From NCBI GenBank assembly GCA_027345565.1, contig DAHWIF010000002.1, forward strand, positions 1-54,975: a DNA stretch of 54,975 nt, given 5' to 3'. This document shows positions 26,837 through 37,544 of the stretch, one piece after another. The stretch comes from Candidatus Micrarchaeota archaeon (GTDB lineage Archaea; Micrarchaeota; Micrarchaeia; Micrarchaeales; Micrarchaeaceae). The stretch's first letter is position 1. Each line of letters begins with the position of its first letter. The translations under genes and the position numbers were made by a program. The notes under the pieces were generated by a model, which was not told where the DNA came from, made no database searches, and was given only the letters and a program-made list of their open reading frames with translations.

Positions 26837-28216
26837 CTAATCCTTCCATTTGCCGTACTTCGCGATGAACTCATCCTTCACGCGCTTTATCTCCCTTTTA
26901 TCCAGGTTGCTGAAGAGATCCCAGCCGAGGTCGAGGCTCTGCTCGATGCTCCTGTCCTCGTAGTAACCTTGGTTTACGAATTTATTCTCGAACAGGTCGG
27001 CGAACCTGAGCGATCTCTTGTCGCTCTCGCTCAGCGCCTCCTCGCCCACTATCTCGGTGAGGCTCCTGAGGTCCTTGCCAGAAGCGTATGCCGAATAGAG
27101 CTGATCTGACACTCCTCTGTGGTCCTCCCTCGTCCGGCCCTTGCCTATGCCCTGATTCATAAGTCTTGACAGGGAAACCAGCACGTCTATGTTCGGATAG
27201 ATGCCGCGCCTGTGCAGGTCCCTGCTGAGGACCACCTGCCCCTCGGTTATGTAGCCCGTCAGGTCTGGAATCGGGTGCGTTATGTCGTCACCAGGCATTG
27301 TCAATATCGGGATCTGTGTTATCGACCCCTTCCTGTTGTTTATCTTTCCAGCCCTCTCGTATATCGTCGACAGGTCTGTGTACATGTAACCCGGGTAGCC
27401 CCTTCTTCCAGGGACCTCTTCGCGCGCAGCCGATACCTCCCTGAGCGATTCTGCGTAGTTCGTCATGTCGGTGAGTATAACGAGCACGTGCATGTCCTGC
27501 TTGTACGCAAGGAACTCTGCAGTTGTGAGAGCGAGCCTCGGCAATATTATCCTTTCCATGGATGGCTCTGAGGAGAGGTTCAGGAAGATCACGGACCTGC
27601 CGAGCGCGCCGGTCTCTTCCAGCTCCCTCCTGAAGAAGTTCGCCTCCTCGCTATTTATCCCGATCCCGCCAAACACCACGGAGAACTCCTCCCCAGCCCC
27701 GAGTATCTTGGCCTGCCTCGCTATCTGAGCCGCAATCTTGTTGTGCGGAAGCCCCGACCCGGAAAATATCGGCAGCTTCTGCCCCCTTACCAATGTATTC
27801 ATGCAGTCTATCGTTGATATACCTGTCTGGATGAACTCCGACGGCTCCTCTCTCGCAGTCGGGTTTATGGCCTCCCCATTTATGTCGACCTGCTCGTTGC
27901 TGTATATCGGAGGACCGCCGTCTCTAGGCCTGCCTGTACCGTCGAATATCCTGCCGAGCATGTCTGTACTGACGGAAAGCTTTGCTGTTTCGCCACGGAA
28001 CCTAGCCTTTGTGCCCTCAAGGTTCATTCCCTGCGTCTCACCGAACGACTGCACTATCGCCAACCCGTCCCTGCTGTCCAGCACCTGGCCGGTTACGCTT
28101 TTTCCGTTGTCGAGCGATATGTCGACCAGCTCGCCGTACGCAGCGTCCCTAACTCCATCAACGAACAGCAGAACGCTTGTTATCTGCTTCACTGTCTTGT
28201 AGAATACATCACTCAT
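26837..28216 (-). CDS. atpB: A/V-type ATP synthase subunit B
   Basis: [53 protein letters not shown]. Confidence 0.98.
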   Translation of the reverse strand: MSDVFYKTVKQITSVLLFVDGVRDAAYGELVDISLDNGKSVTGQVLDSRDGLAIVQSFGETQGMNLEGTKARFRGETAKLSVSTDMLGRIFDGTGRPRDGGPPIYSNEQVDINGEAINPTAREEPSEFIQTGISTIDCMNTLVRGQKLPIFSGSGLPHNKIAAQIARQAKILGAGEEFSVVFGGIGINSEEANFFRRELEETGALGRSVIFLNLSSEPSMERIILPRLALTTAEFLAYKQDMHVLVILTDMTNYAESLREVSAAREEVPGRRGYPGYMYTDLSTIYERAGKINNRKGSITQIPILTMPGDDITHPIPDLTGYITEGQVVLSRDLHRRGIYPNIDVLVSLSRLMNQGIGKGRTREDHRGVSDQLYSAYASGKDLRSLTEIVGEEALSESDKRSLRFADLFENKFVNQGYYEDRSIEQSLDLGWDLFSNLDKREIKRVKDEFIAKYGKWKD

Positions 28217-28217
28217 C

Positions 28218-31200
28218 TTATCCCTTCTTGGCTTTTGACTCCATCGCCGCTATGCCGCCTATCGCTCTCTTGAGTTCATCGAAGTAGCCCAGGATGCCCT
28301 CCTCCTTCATGAACTTCATCCTGGCGAGCTTCTGTTTCGCATCTGTCTGCTGCAGTTGATCGACGGTCACGCCCCTCTCTATCGCGCTCTTTTCCGCAGC
28401 ATCAAGCAGCAGGATTGACTTGAGCATGAGGTGCTGCTTCTTCGTCGAGCTGTACGTATCTACCTCATCGTATGCGCTCTGCTGCAGGTAGTCCTCCCGT
28501 ATCACCTTCGCTATGTCGAGCACCTCCTTCTCCTTCTCCGGCAGCGCATCGTACCCAACCAGCTGGACCACCTCGTTTATCTCCGCCTCCTTCTGCAGTA
28601 TCGCCATGGTAGCGGAGCGCATTTCGTTCCACTCCTTGTCTATGTTCGCGTCGTACCACTTAGCAAGGTCGTCGATGTACAGCGAATAGCTGTTGAGCCA
28701 GTTTATCGACGGGAAATGTCTCCTGTTAGCGAGCGACGCGTCTAGCGCCCAGAACACTCTAGTTACCCTGAGCGTATTCTGGGACACCGGCTCGGATGTA
28801 TCCCCTCCAGGAGGTGAAACCGCCCCAATAGCGGTAACCGATCCGACAGCGCCGTTGAGCACATGCACCCTGCCTGCGCGTTCATAGAACTCAGCCACCT
28901 TCCTCCCAAGATAGGCGGGATATCCCTCCTCTCCAGGCATCTCCTCCAGCCTTCCGGATATCTCCCTCAGGGCTTCGGCCCATCTCGATGTGCTGTCTGC
29001 CATTAGCGCGACATTGTATCCCATATCCCTGTAGTACTCTGCCAGTGTTATTCCAGTGTATATGCTTGATTCCCTAGCAGCAACAGGCATGTTTGACGTA
29101 TTAGCGATTAGGATTGTCCTATCCATAAGCGGCAACCCGCTTTTTGGATCCTTTAACTGCGGGAAAGTGGTCAGTATTTCAGCCATCTCATTTGACCTCT
29201 CTCCACAACCTATGTATACTATGACCTCTGCGTCTGACCATTTGGCTAGCTGATGCTGTATAACTGTATTATGCAGCAATAACGGGCCGTGCCCGCCTAC
29301 AAAATTGTGGAGTTCGGGTATCTCTACGTCGAATACGTCTTTTGGCATGTTCGACTGCTCGATCGCCTTGACCTCGTCAAAGAATAAACTTCCAGAGAAT
29401 TCGCGCAGCGACAGCAGTTCTTCAGGCACCTCCATCCAGCGAGATAGCCTTTCAATAATCTTGGCCAGGGTAGTAATGCATATCCTGCTGTTGTCCTTCA
29501 GGTAGCGCTCAGTATACACGCCGGTCCGCATCAGTCTGTTTTGGATTCCTCTCATCTTAAGAATGCTCTTAAGCGCGCCAGGGACTGGTATCGCATCATT
29601 GTTAGAGTACCTTGTTTTTTGACTTTCTACGATTTTTAGGAAACGTGCGGATTTTGCTCCGCGGATAGCCGCACCCAATTTATGCGCCTCTTTTACACCC
29701 CCAACCTTTACAGATATCCTTGATGTCCCGTCTTTTCTGGTTTTACCGATTGATGACACCAAGCCAAGGCGCAGAAGCACGAAGCTGAACTGCTCTATAA
29801 TTTTGCGGCTTTTTGATGTTATCTCTACCCTGCCGCCGTTGACATCCACGCTTCCATCGCATGCTATGTATGACCCTATGAAGGCGGTAAGAGACGCATC
29901 GCTGGACTTCAGAAGCAGCTCTGGTATGCTGGCGTTGCCTGCCTTGCCCTTATACGGGATACCAAGCGAGACAAGGAAATCAAATAATGCTTTGCAATCA
30001 ATTTGTGCAACCATCGATGTGTGCGTCTTAGGGTGCCTGTATATATATGGATCAACGCTGAACAGGCTCCTGGCAAGATATGCATATCTGTCCAGTATCT
30101 CTTTTGATGTGTTGTAGAACCTTATCGAGTAGCTCCCGTTTTTCAGGTTTCCATCAGCTATAATGTAGCCAAGATATTCGGCCAGTTCCGGACTCATGAT
30201 TCTTGGCACCTTTATCCTCTTGCCGTGGTAAGAGATTATTGTATCTGGGTCCGGCGAGGACTCTCCAAAAATCATATGGATGAGCTCCAATGGCACTTGT
30301 CTCCTGATTCTTAGGTACTGGTTGAATTTTGACGGGATTCTCCCTTTCTTTATTGCCGATTTCAGTAGCACCCTGAACCTCGCGTTTAGATTTTCATCTG
30401 CGCTGAAAAGCTTTTTGGAATGCAAAAGCGAAATTAAGCGTATTTTCTGGTCCGAAAGTTCCAAACTTACCTTTCGCGGGCATGCAAGATAATCCCCCTT
30501 TTGTATCGTTCCGGCTTCCTTCTCAACAATCGTGCAATCAGATAGGGTGAAGAGTCTATGAATCGGCGTGACCTCCACCTTCTTACCGGATTTTGTGAGC
30601 ACTTTTATTGTGGAGTCGGTTTTGCCGCGATAGACGTGTTTTGGCTCACGTATGTCAAATTTATTTCCGTTAAGAGATAACGCACTGGGGTTTCCCAGGC
30701 CCGACACATCGTATAGCTCCTCGTTATCATTCTTATATACAAGTTTGCCCTTTGCTCTGCCCTCCCTGTACACCTCCTCAATACTCACTATTCTTCCATT
30801 TCCCATCATCAGCAGAGTGTCCTTGTCCACGCACTTGCCACTTCCGAACGGCCCAGGAACAGCAGCAGTACCTCCCTTTGCCACTGGGAAAAGAGTATCG
30901 ATTATCCTTTGGCCGGTTATCAATGGCACATCCGGCGGCAGCTTATCTATCACCGGTCGCGCTACCCTGACTGGCCACTTCTGCATCAGTGAGATATCGA
31001 AAGAAGAACCTCCATCGCTAACCGAAGCAATGCTCTCAGTTACGCTATATTTTCCGTCTGAAATGTGCGTTATCTTCCCAGAAATTCCATTTGGTACAAG
31101 TACCCTATGGGTGACCAAACCGGTTTCCTTCACCTCACCCATTATGTCGCCAGGTTTAACTTTATCTCCGGCTTTCTTTGTTGGGATGAATTCCCATTTC

Positions 31201-31547
31201 TTCTTTGGATCCAACGAGTCAACATTGACGCCTCTCCCAATAAAGTCGCCGCTTTTTATCCTTATCTTGTCTAGCGGCCTTTGGATTCCATCGTATATTG
31301 ACCCGATAAGTCCAGGGCCCAGGCTTACCGATAGTTGAGAGCCTGTATCCTCTACTGGAGCGCCCGGCTTGAGCCCCGAGGTGTCCTCGTATACCTGGAT
31401 GGTCGCCCTGCCGGAGTTGAGCCTTATTATCTCGCCCACAAGCTCCTCTTCCCCCACCTTGACCACGTTGTACATCTTCGGGTCTTTAAGGTTCTCCGCC
31501 GTCACTACCGGCCCAGAGATCCTGAATATCCTTCCTTTGTCTCCCAT
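28218..31547 (-). CDS. atpA: A/V-type ATP synthase subunit A, intein-containing precursor (587 aa after splicing)
   Basis: PGPFGSGK|intein|[48 protein letters not shown]. Confidence 0.97.
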   Translation of the reverse strand: MGDKGRIFRISGPVVTAENLKDPKMYNVVKVGEEELVGEIIRLNSGRATIQVYEDTSGLKPGAPVEDTGSQLSVSLGPGLIGSIYDGIQRPLDKIRIKSGDFIGRGVNVDSLDPKKKWEFIPTKKAGDKVKPGDIMGEVKETGLVTHRVLVPNGISGKITHISDGKYSVTESIASVSDGGSSFDISLMQKWPVRVARPVIDKLPPDVPLITGQRIIDTLFPVAKGGTAAVPGPFGSGKCVDKDTLLMMGNGRIVSIEEVYREGRAKGKLVYKNDNEELYDVSGLGNPSALSLNGNKFDIREPKHVYRGKTDSTIKVLTKSGKKVEVTPIHRLFTLSDCTIVEKEAGTIQKGDYLACPRKVSLELSDQKIRLISLLHSKKLFSADENLNARFRVLLKSAIKKGRIPSKFNQYLRIRRQVPLELIHMIFGESSPDPDTIISYHGKRIKVPRIMSPELAEYLGYIIADGNLKNGSYSIRFYNTSKEILDRYAYLARSLFSVDPYIYRHPKTHTSMVAQIDCKALFDFLVSLGIPYKGKAGNASIPELLLKSSDASLTAFIGSYIACDGSVDVNGGRVEITSKSRKIIEQFSFVLLRLGLVSSIGKTRKDGTSRISVKVGGVKEAHKLGAAIRGAKSARFLKIVESQKTRYSNNDAIPVPGALKSILKMRGIQNRLMRTGVYTERYLKDNSRICITTLAKIIERLSRWMEVPEELLSLREFSGSLFFDEVKAIEQSNMPKDVFDVEIPELHNFVGGHGPLLLHNTVIQHQLAKWSDAEVIVYIGCGERSNEMAEILTTFPQLKDPKSGLPLMDRTILIANTSNMPVAARESSIYTGITLAEYYRDMGYNVALMADSTSRWAEALREISGRLEEMPGEEGYPAYLGRKVAEFYERAGRVHVLNGAVGSVTAIGAVSPPGGDTSEPVSQNTLRVTRVFWALDASLANRRHFPSINWLNSYSLYIDDLAKWYDANIDKEWNEMRSATMAILQKEAEINEVVQLVGYDALPEKEKEVLDIAKVIREDYLQQSAYDEVDTYSSTKKQHLMLKSILLLDAAEKSAIERGVTVDQLQQTDAKQKLARMKFMKEEGILGYFDELKRAIGGIAAMESKAKKG
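29268..30833 (-). mobile_element. Intein (522 aa) with LAGLIDADG homing endonuclease, inserted in the atpA P-loop (VMA-b type site)
   Basis: Starts with Cys (CVDKDT), block B TPIHRLF, LAGLIDADG blocks YLGYIIADG and [10 protein letters not shown], block F VFDVEI, ends HN followed by Thr. Confidence 0.95.
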
Positions 31548-31880
31548 CTAAGCACCCTTCAAAGATTTGATGTCGACGCCGAGTATCCTTTTCGCTAACG
31601 TTTCGACCGATTCCTGGGCAGCGCCGCTCCCTGGCACCGGAATGAATATGACAATAGGTTTCAGCGACGTCTCCGCCGTCCTCAGTACGCTGCTGTCCAT
31701 CTGCTCCCTAAGGCTTTCCGACACCAGCACGAGATTGTACTGCTTTGCGTTGAGGAGCTCTGTGAACTTTGCGACTGCTGCGCTGCCCGAGCTCATAAAG
31801 ACATCTTGGATGCCAATGAGCTTAAAGCCGAGCGCAAGTTCGCGCTCTCCCACTACCGCAATCCTCTCGAAATCCATCAT
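31548..31880 (-). CDS. atpF: A/V-type ATP synthase subunit F
   Basis: RIAVVGERELALGFKLIGI, LAKRILGVDI. Confidence 0.93.
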   Translation of the reverse strand: MMDFERIAVVGERELALGFKLIGIQDVFMSSGSAAVAKFTELLNAKQYNLVLVSESLREQMDSSVLRTAETSLKPIVIFIPVPGSGAAQESVETLAKRILGVDIKSLKGA

Positions 31881-32929
31881 ACCACATATTTGAGTATCCT
31901 CATGTGCTCTATCCTTTCCTTGCTTACTTTGTAATACTTGCCCATCCATATCCCCCTTAGCTCATCCCTCTCGATTTCGCTCCTAAGCATGAATCCCACT
32001 ATCTGGGCTGCGGATATGCCAGACTCGTTGAAGAGCTTCAGGTACTTTTTGTAGAGCTCCCTCCTCAGCGCCGCCTCGAAGTAGCTGGCGAACTGGTCGT
32101 TTTTGTAGAGCTCGAACGCATCGTCGATCTTGAATGGCATGTACTGCGCGAGAGCCTCGACCTTCCTCTGCGACATCTCTACCAATCTCGGCTCCTGCAT
32201 GTCACCACCCTTTATTATGAAGCTTTTGACGTCTTTGCCGCCAAGCTCTATGTCTTTTATTACCGTCATTATATTCTTTATGTCTATCAGGCCCTTTATG
32301 AAACTTAGCAGGATGCCTTCGTTGCCGACGTAGAACCTGAATGCGTCGAGCAACCTTGTGTAGTAGTAGAGGTCAAGCGCCATGAGCATGTTGGATATGT
32401 CACCCCTGCGGGCCTCGTCAAGATGCTTGAGCAACGGCGTTCCGTATCCTAACCTGACTAGGTAGTTGACCACGCCCTCTACATCCTTCTGCGCCACTAT
32501 GTTGGTATACTCCTCCCTGCTTATCAGCCCTGCGAACACGCCTACCGGTATGTTGCGCTGCACGGTGAGGAACGCCTCCGTCTGCTCCACGCTGTAGCCC
32601 AGCTTCTTCGAAGAGAGTATGGTCTTTATGTTCTCTATGTCATACCTGCCTATGAAAGCGGCGACTATGTTGCGCGCCAAAGGTGGTATCGCGAATGCCG
32701 AATTCCTGCTCATCCTCATCATGTGCGCGTTTATCACAACCTCAAGCAGGTCCGGCTCCTTGTAGAGCGCAGAGAGCTCGTCTATCTCCTTCCTATATCC
32801 GGTTGCGCTGAGCGCCTTCACAAACTCATCGATGTCCTTCTGCTCCAGCTGGCTTATGAAGCCCGGAGAAAGGAATTCCTGCCTGAGGCCCTTGAGCCTC
32901 CCATAAGCCCCCGTGTATGTAGAATCCAT
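31877..32929 (-). CDS. atpC: A/V-type ATP synthase subunit C (d)
   Basis: YDIENIKTIL, LDLYYY, IDIKNI; operon position. Confidence 0.92.
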   Translation of the reverse strand: MDSTYTGAYGRLKGLRQEFLSPGFISQLEQKDIDEFVKALSATGYRKEIDELSALYKEPDLLEVVINAHMMRMSRNSAFAIPPLARNIVAAFIGRYDIENIKTILSSKKLGYSVEQTEAFLTVQRNIPVGVFAGLISREEYTNIVAQKDVEGVVNYLVRLGYGTPLLKHLDEARRGDISNMLMALDLYYYTRLLDAFRFYVGNEGILLSFIKGLIDIKNIMTVIKDIELGGKDVKSFIIKGGDMQEPRLVEMSQRKVEALAQYMPFKIDDAFELYKNDQFASYFEAALRRELYKKYLKLFNESGISAAQIVGFMLRSEIERDELRGIWMGKYYKVSKERIEHMRILKYVV

Positions 32930-32933
32930 GAAA

Positions 32934-33494
32934 TCATTTTATAAGCTTCATTACCTCCACTGCAACCGCATCGCTGATGCTTGACAGTAGCGCGCCAAGC
33001 GTGTAGTCGACGTATTTCAGACCATCCCCAGACACCGCGCGCAGGCCACCGGTAGATCCGTCTGACAATTCCGATATCGTGAACCCGGCAGGCTTTATCT
33101 TTCCTACGTCTTCCCTCCTCACATATATGGTGCAGTTATCTCCAAGCTCGCTGGCAGCCTTGGATGCGAGCTTCTGCAGCAGCTTTGTATATTCCTCGCT
33201 TTTTGTATACTCTGGAAATGCCGCCTTTATTGATTCTATAGACTTAACTACTTGATCATTTAGCCGCTCCTGATACATCTGCGCTGCCTCTGTTGCAGCC
33301 TTGCTGCTCTCCCTTGTCATTATAACCTTGGAATCCGCGGCTGCCTTTGCCCGCGCCTGTGAGAGCCTATCCAGCGCTTTCGCCTTCGCGTCTCCTGTTA
33401 TCTTATCGGCTTCGGTCTTTGCCCCTTCCATTATAAGGCGTACCTTCGCCTCCGTGTCGCTCTCTATCTTTCCAATAATCTCGTCAAGTCCCAT
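32934..33494 (-). CDS. atpE: A/V-type ATP synthase subunit E
   Basis: MGLDEIIGKI, coiled coil, GGLRAVSGDG...VDYTL. Confidence 0.9.
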   Translation of the reverse strand: MGLDEIIGKIESDTEAKVRLIMEGAKTEADKITGDAKAKALDRLSQARAKAAADSKVIMTRESSKAATEAAQMYQERLNDQVVKSIESIKAAFPEYTKSEEYTKLLQKLASKAASELGDNCTIYVRREDVGKIKPAGFTISELSDGSTGGLRAVSGDGLKYVDYTLGALLSSISDAVAVEVMKLIK

Positions 33495-33514
33495 GCTAAC
33501 CTGCTTCCTTACTA

Positions 33515-33739
33515 TCAGAGTATCTGCAATAGCAGTATGAGACCAAGGACGAATCCGATTATCCACAGCGTCTCAGGTATTACGAAGAAGAACAGCACCT
33601 GGCCGAACTTCTCCGGCCTCTCTGCTATTATACCCATTCCGGCGGCTCCTATCCCTTGCTGTGCCATTCCTGTGCCAATCAATCCGCCCGCTATCGCAAT
33701 AGCCGCGGCGATTGCATACTCTGGGTTTGCTGTTACCAT
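33515..33739 (-). CDS. atpK: A/V-type ATP synthase proteolipid subunit K (c), single hairpin
   Basis: GMAQQGIGAAGMG and IPETLWIIG with the ion-binding Glu; GGTGA RBS upstream. Confidence 0.95.
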   Translation of the reverse strand: MVTANPEYAIAAAIAIAGGLIGTGMAQQGIGAAGMGIIAERPEKFGQVLFFFVIPETLWIIGFVLGLILLLQIL

Positions 33740-33817
33740 CCGTTTCACCGTTTAAGTAGGATAAATCCGATAAGTGTTTGTGTGCTAATATATAAAAACG
33801 TCACTGAACCAGCGGCA

Positions 33818-35245
33818 TCATCCCTTTGTGACTCCAATGGGGACCATCTTCGCGACGATGTTCGATATTTTTGCGCTCTCTATCGTCGCGACGACGTCAT
33901 CGACGTTCTTGTACGCCCATTCGGCCTCTTCGCTCACGAGCTTCCTGCTCCTTACCCTTATCTCTATATTCTTGCTCTTCATTGCGCTAAACGTTTTAGA
34001 TGAAGGTATCTCGCGCAGGGCCTGGTGCCTTGACATCACTCTCCCCGCCCCGTGGCACGATGACCCGAATGTCTCTCTCATGCTCTCCTCTCTACCAGCC
34101 AGCACGTAGCTTGCTGTGCCCATGCTGCCTGGTATGAGCACAGGCTGGCCATAATCCCTATATATGCGTGTTATCTCCTTCCTGTCTGGACCGAAAGCCC
34201 TTGTCGCACCCTTCCTGTGCACGTAGAGCTTCATACGTCTCCCATCAACGTCGTGCTCTTCAAGCTTCGCTATATTGTGTGAGAGGTCGTAAAGCAGATC
34301 CATGCCAAGCGCATCGGCGCTTTTCTTGAAGGTATCGGCAAAGCTCTTCCTTATGAAATGCATCATTATCTGCCTGTTAACGAAAGCGAAGTTCACCGCT
34401 GCTCTCATGGCACCGAGGTAATCCGCAGCTTCCTTCGCCCCAACGTGCGCGTATGCGAGCTCGGGGTCCGGCATTACAATATTATTCCTTTTCTGGTAAT
34501 CCGCCAGTGTCCTAAGGTAGTCACTGCACACCTGGTGGCCGTACCCTCTTGACCCGCTGTGCAGCATCACGACCACCTGGCCTTTGAAGAGGCCGAAAGC
34601 CTTCGCTATCCTCTCATCCTTTATCTCTGCGACCTTCTGCACCTCGGCGAAGTGGTTGCCCGCTCCAAGGGTGCCCAACTGCTTTATACCACGCTGCTTT
34701 GCGAGCTCGCTCACTTTGTCTGTCATTGCGCCTTCAATGCAGCCGCCCTCCTCAGTCCTTTCCGCGTCATCTGCAAAGCCGTATCCCTTTTCGAGTATGT
34801 ATCTTACGCCATCTGCTGCTATCCTCTCAAGGTCTTTCTGCGTGAAACCTAGCTTGCTCTCGCTGCCCACGCCGCTAGGCACATTCCTGAACATCGCATC
34901 CATAAGATTGCCGAGTACGGGGCGGATTTCCTTCTCAGTAAGGTTGGTTTTTATCACGCGTATGCCACAATTTATGTCGAAACCGACAAAGCCCGGTGAT
35001 ATGATGCCGGTGTTTGCATCAAATGCTGCAACGCCGCCTATCGGAGAGCCGTATCCCTCGTGGCCGTCCGGCATAACAAGCATGTTCTTCGTTATAGAGG
35101 GAAGCCGAGCGGCGTTTGTCGCCTGCATCAGCGTCCTATCCCTCTTCATGTTCTCTATCAACGCATGGTTTGCATATACCCTGACTGGGACCGCCATGTC
35201 CCCTTCCTTTGGGATTTCCCACAAGTAATCATTTATCTTTTCCAT
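33818..35245 (-). CDS. rtcB: tRNA-splicing ligase RtcB
   Basis: MPDGHEGYG, GFDINCG, GNHFAE, HSGSRG, HRKGAT, SCHGAGR. Confidence 0.97.
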   Translation of the reverse strand: MEKINDYLWEIPKEGDMAVPVRVYANHALIENMKRDRTLMQATNAARLPSITKNMLVMPDGHEGYGSPIGGVAAFDANTGIISPGFVGFDINCGIRVIKTNLTEKEIRPVLGNLMDAMFRNVPSGVGSESKLGFTQKDLERIAADGVRYILEKGYGFADDAERTEEGGCIEGAMTDKVSELAKQRGIKQLGTLGAGNHFAEVQKVAEIKDERIAKAFGLFKGQVVVMLHSGSRGYGHQVCSDYLRTLADYQKRNNIVMPDPELAYAHVGAKEAADYLGAMRAAVNFAFVNRQIMMHFIRKSFADTFKKSADALGMDLLYDLSHNIAKLEEHDVDGRRMKLYVHRKGATRAFGPDRKEITRIYRDYGQPVLIPGSMGTASYVLAGREESMRETFGSSCHGAGRVMSRHQALREIPSSKTFSAMKSKNIEIRVRSRKLVSEEAEWAYKNVDDVVATIESAKISNIVAKMVPIGVTKG

Positions 35246-35783
35246 TCAAATCCACAGCACTCAGAAGACGCTTGAAGTCGCTATTATTCACCCATTCCAC
35301 CTTTAAATATTCTACCGTCTCCTTTCTGCTCATACCTATCCTCTTGGCTTCCTTTACGGCTTCTTTGTACGCCTCTATCTCGGTTGGACGGTCCACATAC
35401 TCATACGTCTCGTCAAACAGCTTCCTGCCGTCCATGCGCTGCTTTATGTGGACCAGTTCGTGTATCACATCCAGGTATACGTCCCTCTTTCTCCCTGTTT
35501 TTAGGTAATGGAGGTTGACGACCAGCGCCCCTTTTTTGTCGTCAATCCAAAGGTACCCTCCCCATCTGCTTGAGTAGAGGAGAACCCTAAGCCTTGATAG
35601 CACCCGATTGGTGTTTTTCCCAAATAGTCTCCTGACGGCCTCCACTTTGTTAAAGCCCTTGAAAACCTTCGTAAAGGGATATGACGGAAGCTCCAGGCTT
35701 TTGTTTATCCATATGTCAGACGGGCCGTAGCTTTTCTTATTCTGCATCGTAGCGACCTTTTTCGGAAGATAAATCCTACGCAT
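35229..35783 (-). CDS. Hypothetical protein with HExxH (zincin-like) motif
   Basis: VIHELVHIKQ followed by EIEAY; overlaps the rtcB start by 17 bp. Start may be 35747. Confidence 0.7.
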   Translation of the reverse strand: MRRIYLPKKVATMQNKKSYGPSDIWINKSLELPSYPFTKVFKGFNKVEAVRRLFGKNTNRVLSRLRVLLYSSRWGGYLWIDDKKGALVVNLHYLKTGRKRDVYLDVIHELVHIKQRMDGRKLFDETYEYVDRPTEIEAYKEAVKEAKRIGMSRKETVEYLKVEWVNNSDFKRLLSAVDLNGKDK

Positions 35784-35948
35784 GTGCTATTATATGCTGC
35801 GGTATGGCATGGCATCGCATGGATGCGGCCTGCATAATGACAAGTGGCTTCTGGAACGCCCTGCCACCTTCTTTCTAACACCACAGTCAGTAAAAAACCT
35901 GGCCGTGAGGGTATTCATTCCTATAGGTAAGGCCTTCCCAAAGAAGAA

Positions 35949-36022
35949 CGCCCTTGCCGGGATTTGAACCCGGATCACAGGCTCCGCAAGCCCGTGTTCT
36001 ATCCAAGTTATACTACAAGGGC
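35949..36022 (-). tRNA. tRNA-Arg(GCG)
   Basis: Acceptor GCCCTTG/CAAGGGC+G, anticodon arm CGGGC-TTGCGGA-GCCTG, T-arm CCGGG-TTCAAAT-CCCGG; no encoded CCA. Confidence 0.95.
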
Positions 36023-36080
36023 GACAATAAGCTTTAATAGCTATCAATTATTAGTTTCTTATTACTTGCTTAGTGGGCCC

Positions 36081-37121
36081 ATGGTTCATACCTATCTAAC
36101 GATAATCGTACCTGCAATAGTCGCGTTCCTGGTAGCGCTCGCAGCTACGCGGTTCCTCATGGGCTACATGTACGAATCAGGTGTGACTACGCCGGACCAC
36201 AACAAGAAGGGCAAGCCCACCCTGCCGTCGGGCGTCGGCCTTGCCGCTGCAATAGGATTCGTGATAGGTGCACTTGTGTATGTGTTCGGCGCAAGCTTCG
36301 CGCTTTACATACCGGTTGCCTCCCTCGAATACCTGCTTGCTACATTGCTCGCTGTCATGCTTATATCGATTGTAGGGCTGCTCGATGACATAAACGTCAA
36401 GCGCAGCCTCACCGAAAGCACCGGGATGATGGACACAAGGAAGGGGCTGAAGCAGTGGTACAAGCCGCTGCTGACATTCATGGGAGCGATACCGCTGATG
36501 GCCATCAACGCAGGCGTCTCCACTGTCGAGATACCGTTCATAGGATTCGTCAACTTCGGTATATTCTATCCGTTGGTGATAATACCCCTCGCTGTAATAT
36601 TTGCGGCAAACGCCTTCAACCTGCTGGGCGGCTTCGATGGCATACTCACCGGCACCGGCACCGTGCTCGTATTCGGCATGGTCGTATACAGCCTGTTCTT
36701 CGGCACTTACATCGGACTCCTGCTCTCAGCGTTGCTGCTCGCTGTTCTGATAGTCATGCTTGTGTTTAACCTTTATCCGGCGAGGATGGTGCCTGGCGAT
36801 AGCTTCGCCTATTTCGCAGGGACCGGAATAGTTGCGTCTATGATATTGGGCAACATGGAGGCATTCGGGGTCATAATATCGATACCTTTCATAATAGAGT
36901 TCCTGCTGCATGCCTCCAGGAAATTCAACGTGACAGATCTGGGGAAGCTCAAGCCCGACGGCACAATGCAGCCGCCGTACGGAAAGAGAATCTACAGCTG
37001 GTGCCACCTCATAATGAACATGAAGAGATGCAGGGAGTGGGAGGTATCGCTCTACATGTGGATCATAGAAGCGGCGTTCGTGGTGCTTGCGCTTGGCCTC
37101 AAGGCGCTTGCTGTGCTCTGA
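36081..37121 (+). CDS. MraY/GPT (glycosyltransferase family 4) polyprenyl-phosphate GlcNAc-1-P transferase, AglH-like
   Basis: GLLDD, ANAFNLLGGFDG, FNLYPARMVPGDS; multi-TM. Confidence 0.88.
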   Translation: MVHTYLTIIVPAIVAFLVALAATRFLMGYMYESGVTTPDHNKKGKPTLPSGVGLAAAIGFVIGALVYVFGASFALYIPVASLEYLLATLLAVMLISIVGLLDDINVKRSLTESTGMMDTRKGLKQWYKPLLTFMGAIPLMAINAGVSTVEIPFIGFVNFGIFYPLVIIPLAVIFAANAFNLLGGFDGILTGTGTVLVFGMVVYSLFFGTYIGLLLSALLLAVLIVMLVFNLYPARMVPGDSFAYFAGTGIVASMILGNMEAFGVIISIPFIIEFLLHASRKFNVTDLGKLKPDGTMQPPYGKRIYSWCHLIMNMKRCREWEVSLYMWIIEAAFVVLALGLKALAVL

Positions 37122-37434
37122 CCTTGAGAGGGAAGCCCCTGTATCTCTCATATGTGCTTAGCCTCCTCCTCGCTTTCCTGTGGCTCGTTGCGCTGCTTTT
37201 TGATACGATGGCGACCCTGCCTACTGATTTCGCGACAAAGTCCACGTCAGAATTCGTTATAGTATTTTGCCTGCCAGCGTAATTGGCGTACACCTTCGCC
37301 TCGTTTACGAGTTCCACGAGCGTATCCTCAAGCTCCTTCTCCAGTGTGATTACCGCGTTTTCGCTCACACGCTCGGCACCCTCCTCCTTCAGGAATTGCT
37401 CTATATCGTAAAGACTGAAGGCACGCCTTACCAA
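37099..37434 (-). CDS. Archaeal histone-fold protein with basic C-terminal extension (111 aa, TTG start)
   Basis: Aligns to HMf-type histones: LKEEGAERVSENA...EAKVYANYAGRQNTITNSDVDF. GGGTG RBS before the TTG at 37434. Confidence 0.8.
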   Translation of the reverse strand: MVRRAFSLYDIEQFLKEEGAERVSENAVITLEKELEDTLVELVNEAKVYANYAGRQNTITNSDVDFVAKSVGRVAIVSKSSATSHRKARRRLSTYERYRGFPLKVRAQQAP

Positions 37435-37544
37435 TTCAACACCCAACAGTGGAAATGCATTTCGCGGCAAGCTTTTTAAAGCAGCGCAAAATGTTTGATT
37501 AGCGGCAGTCTTATTGATTTTTGCATCAAAATTGGACTGATAAA

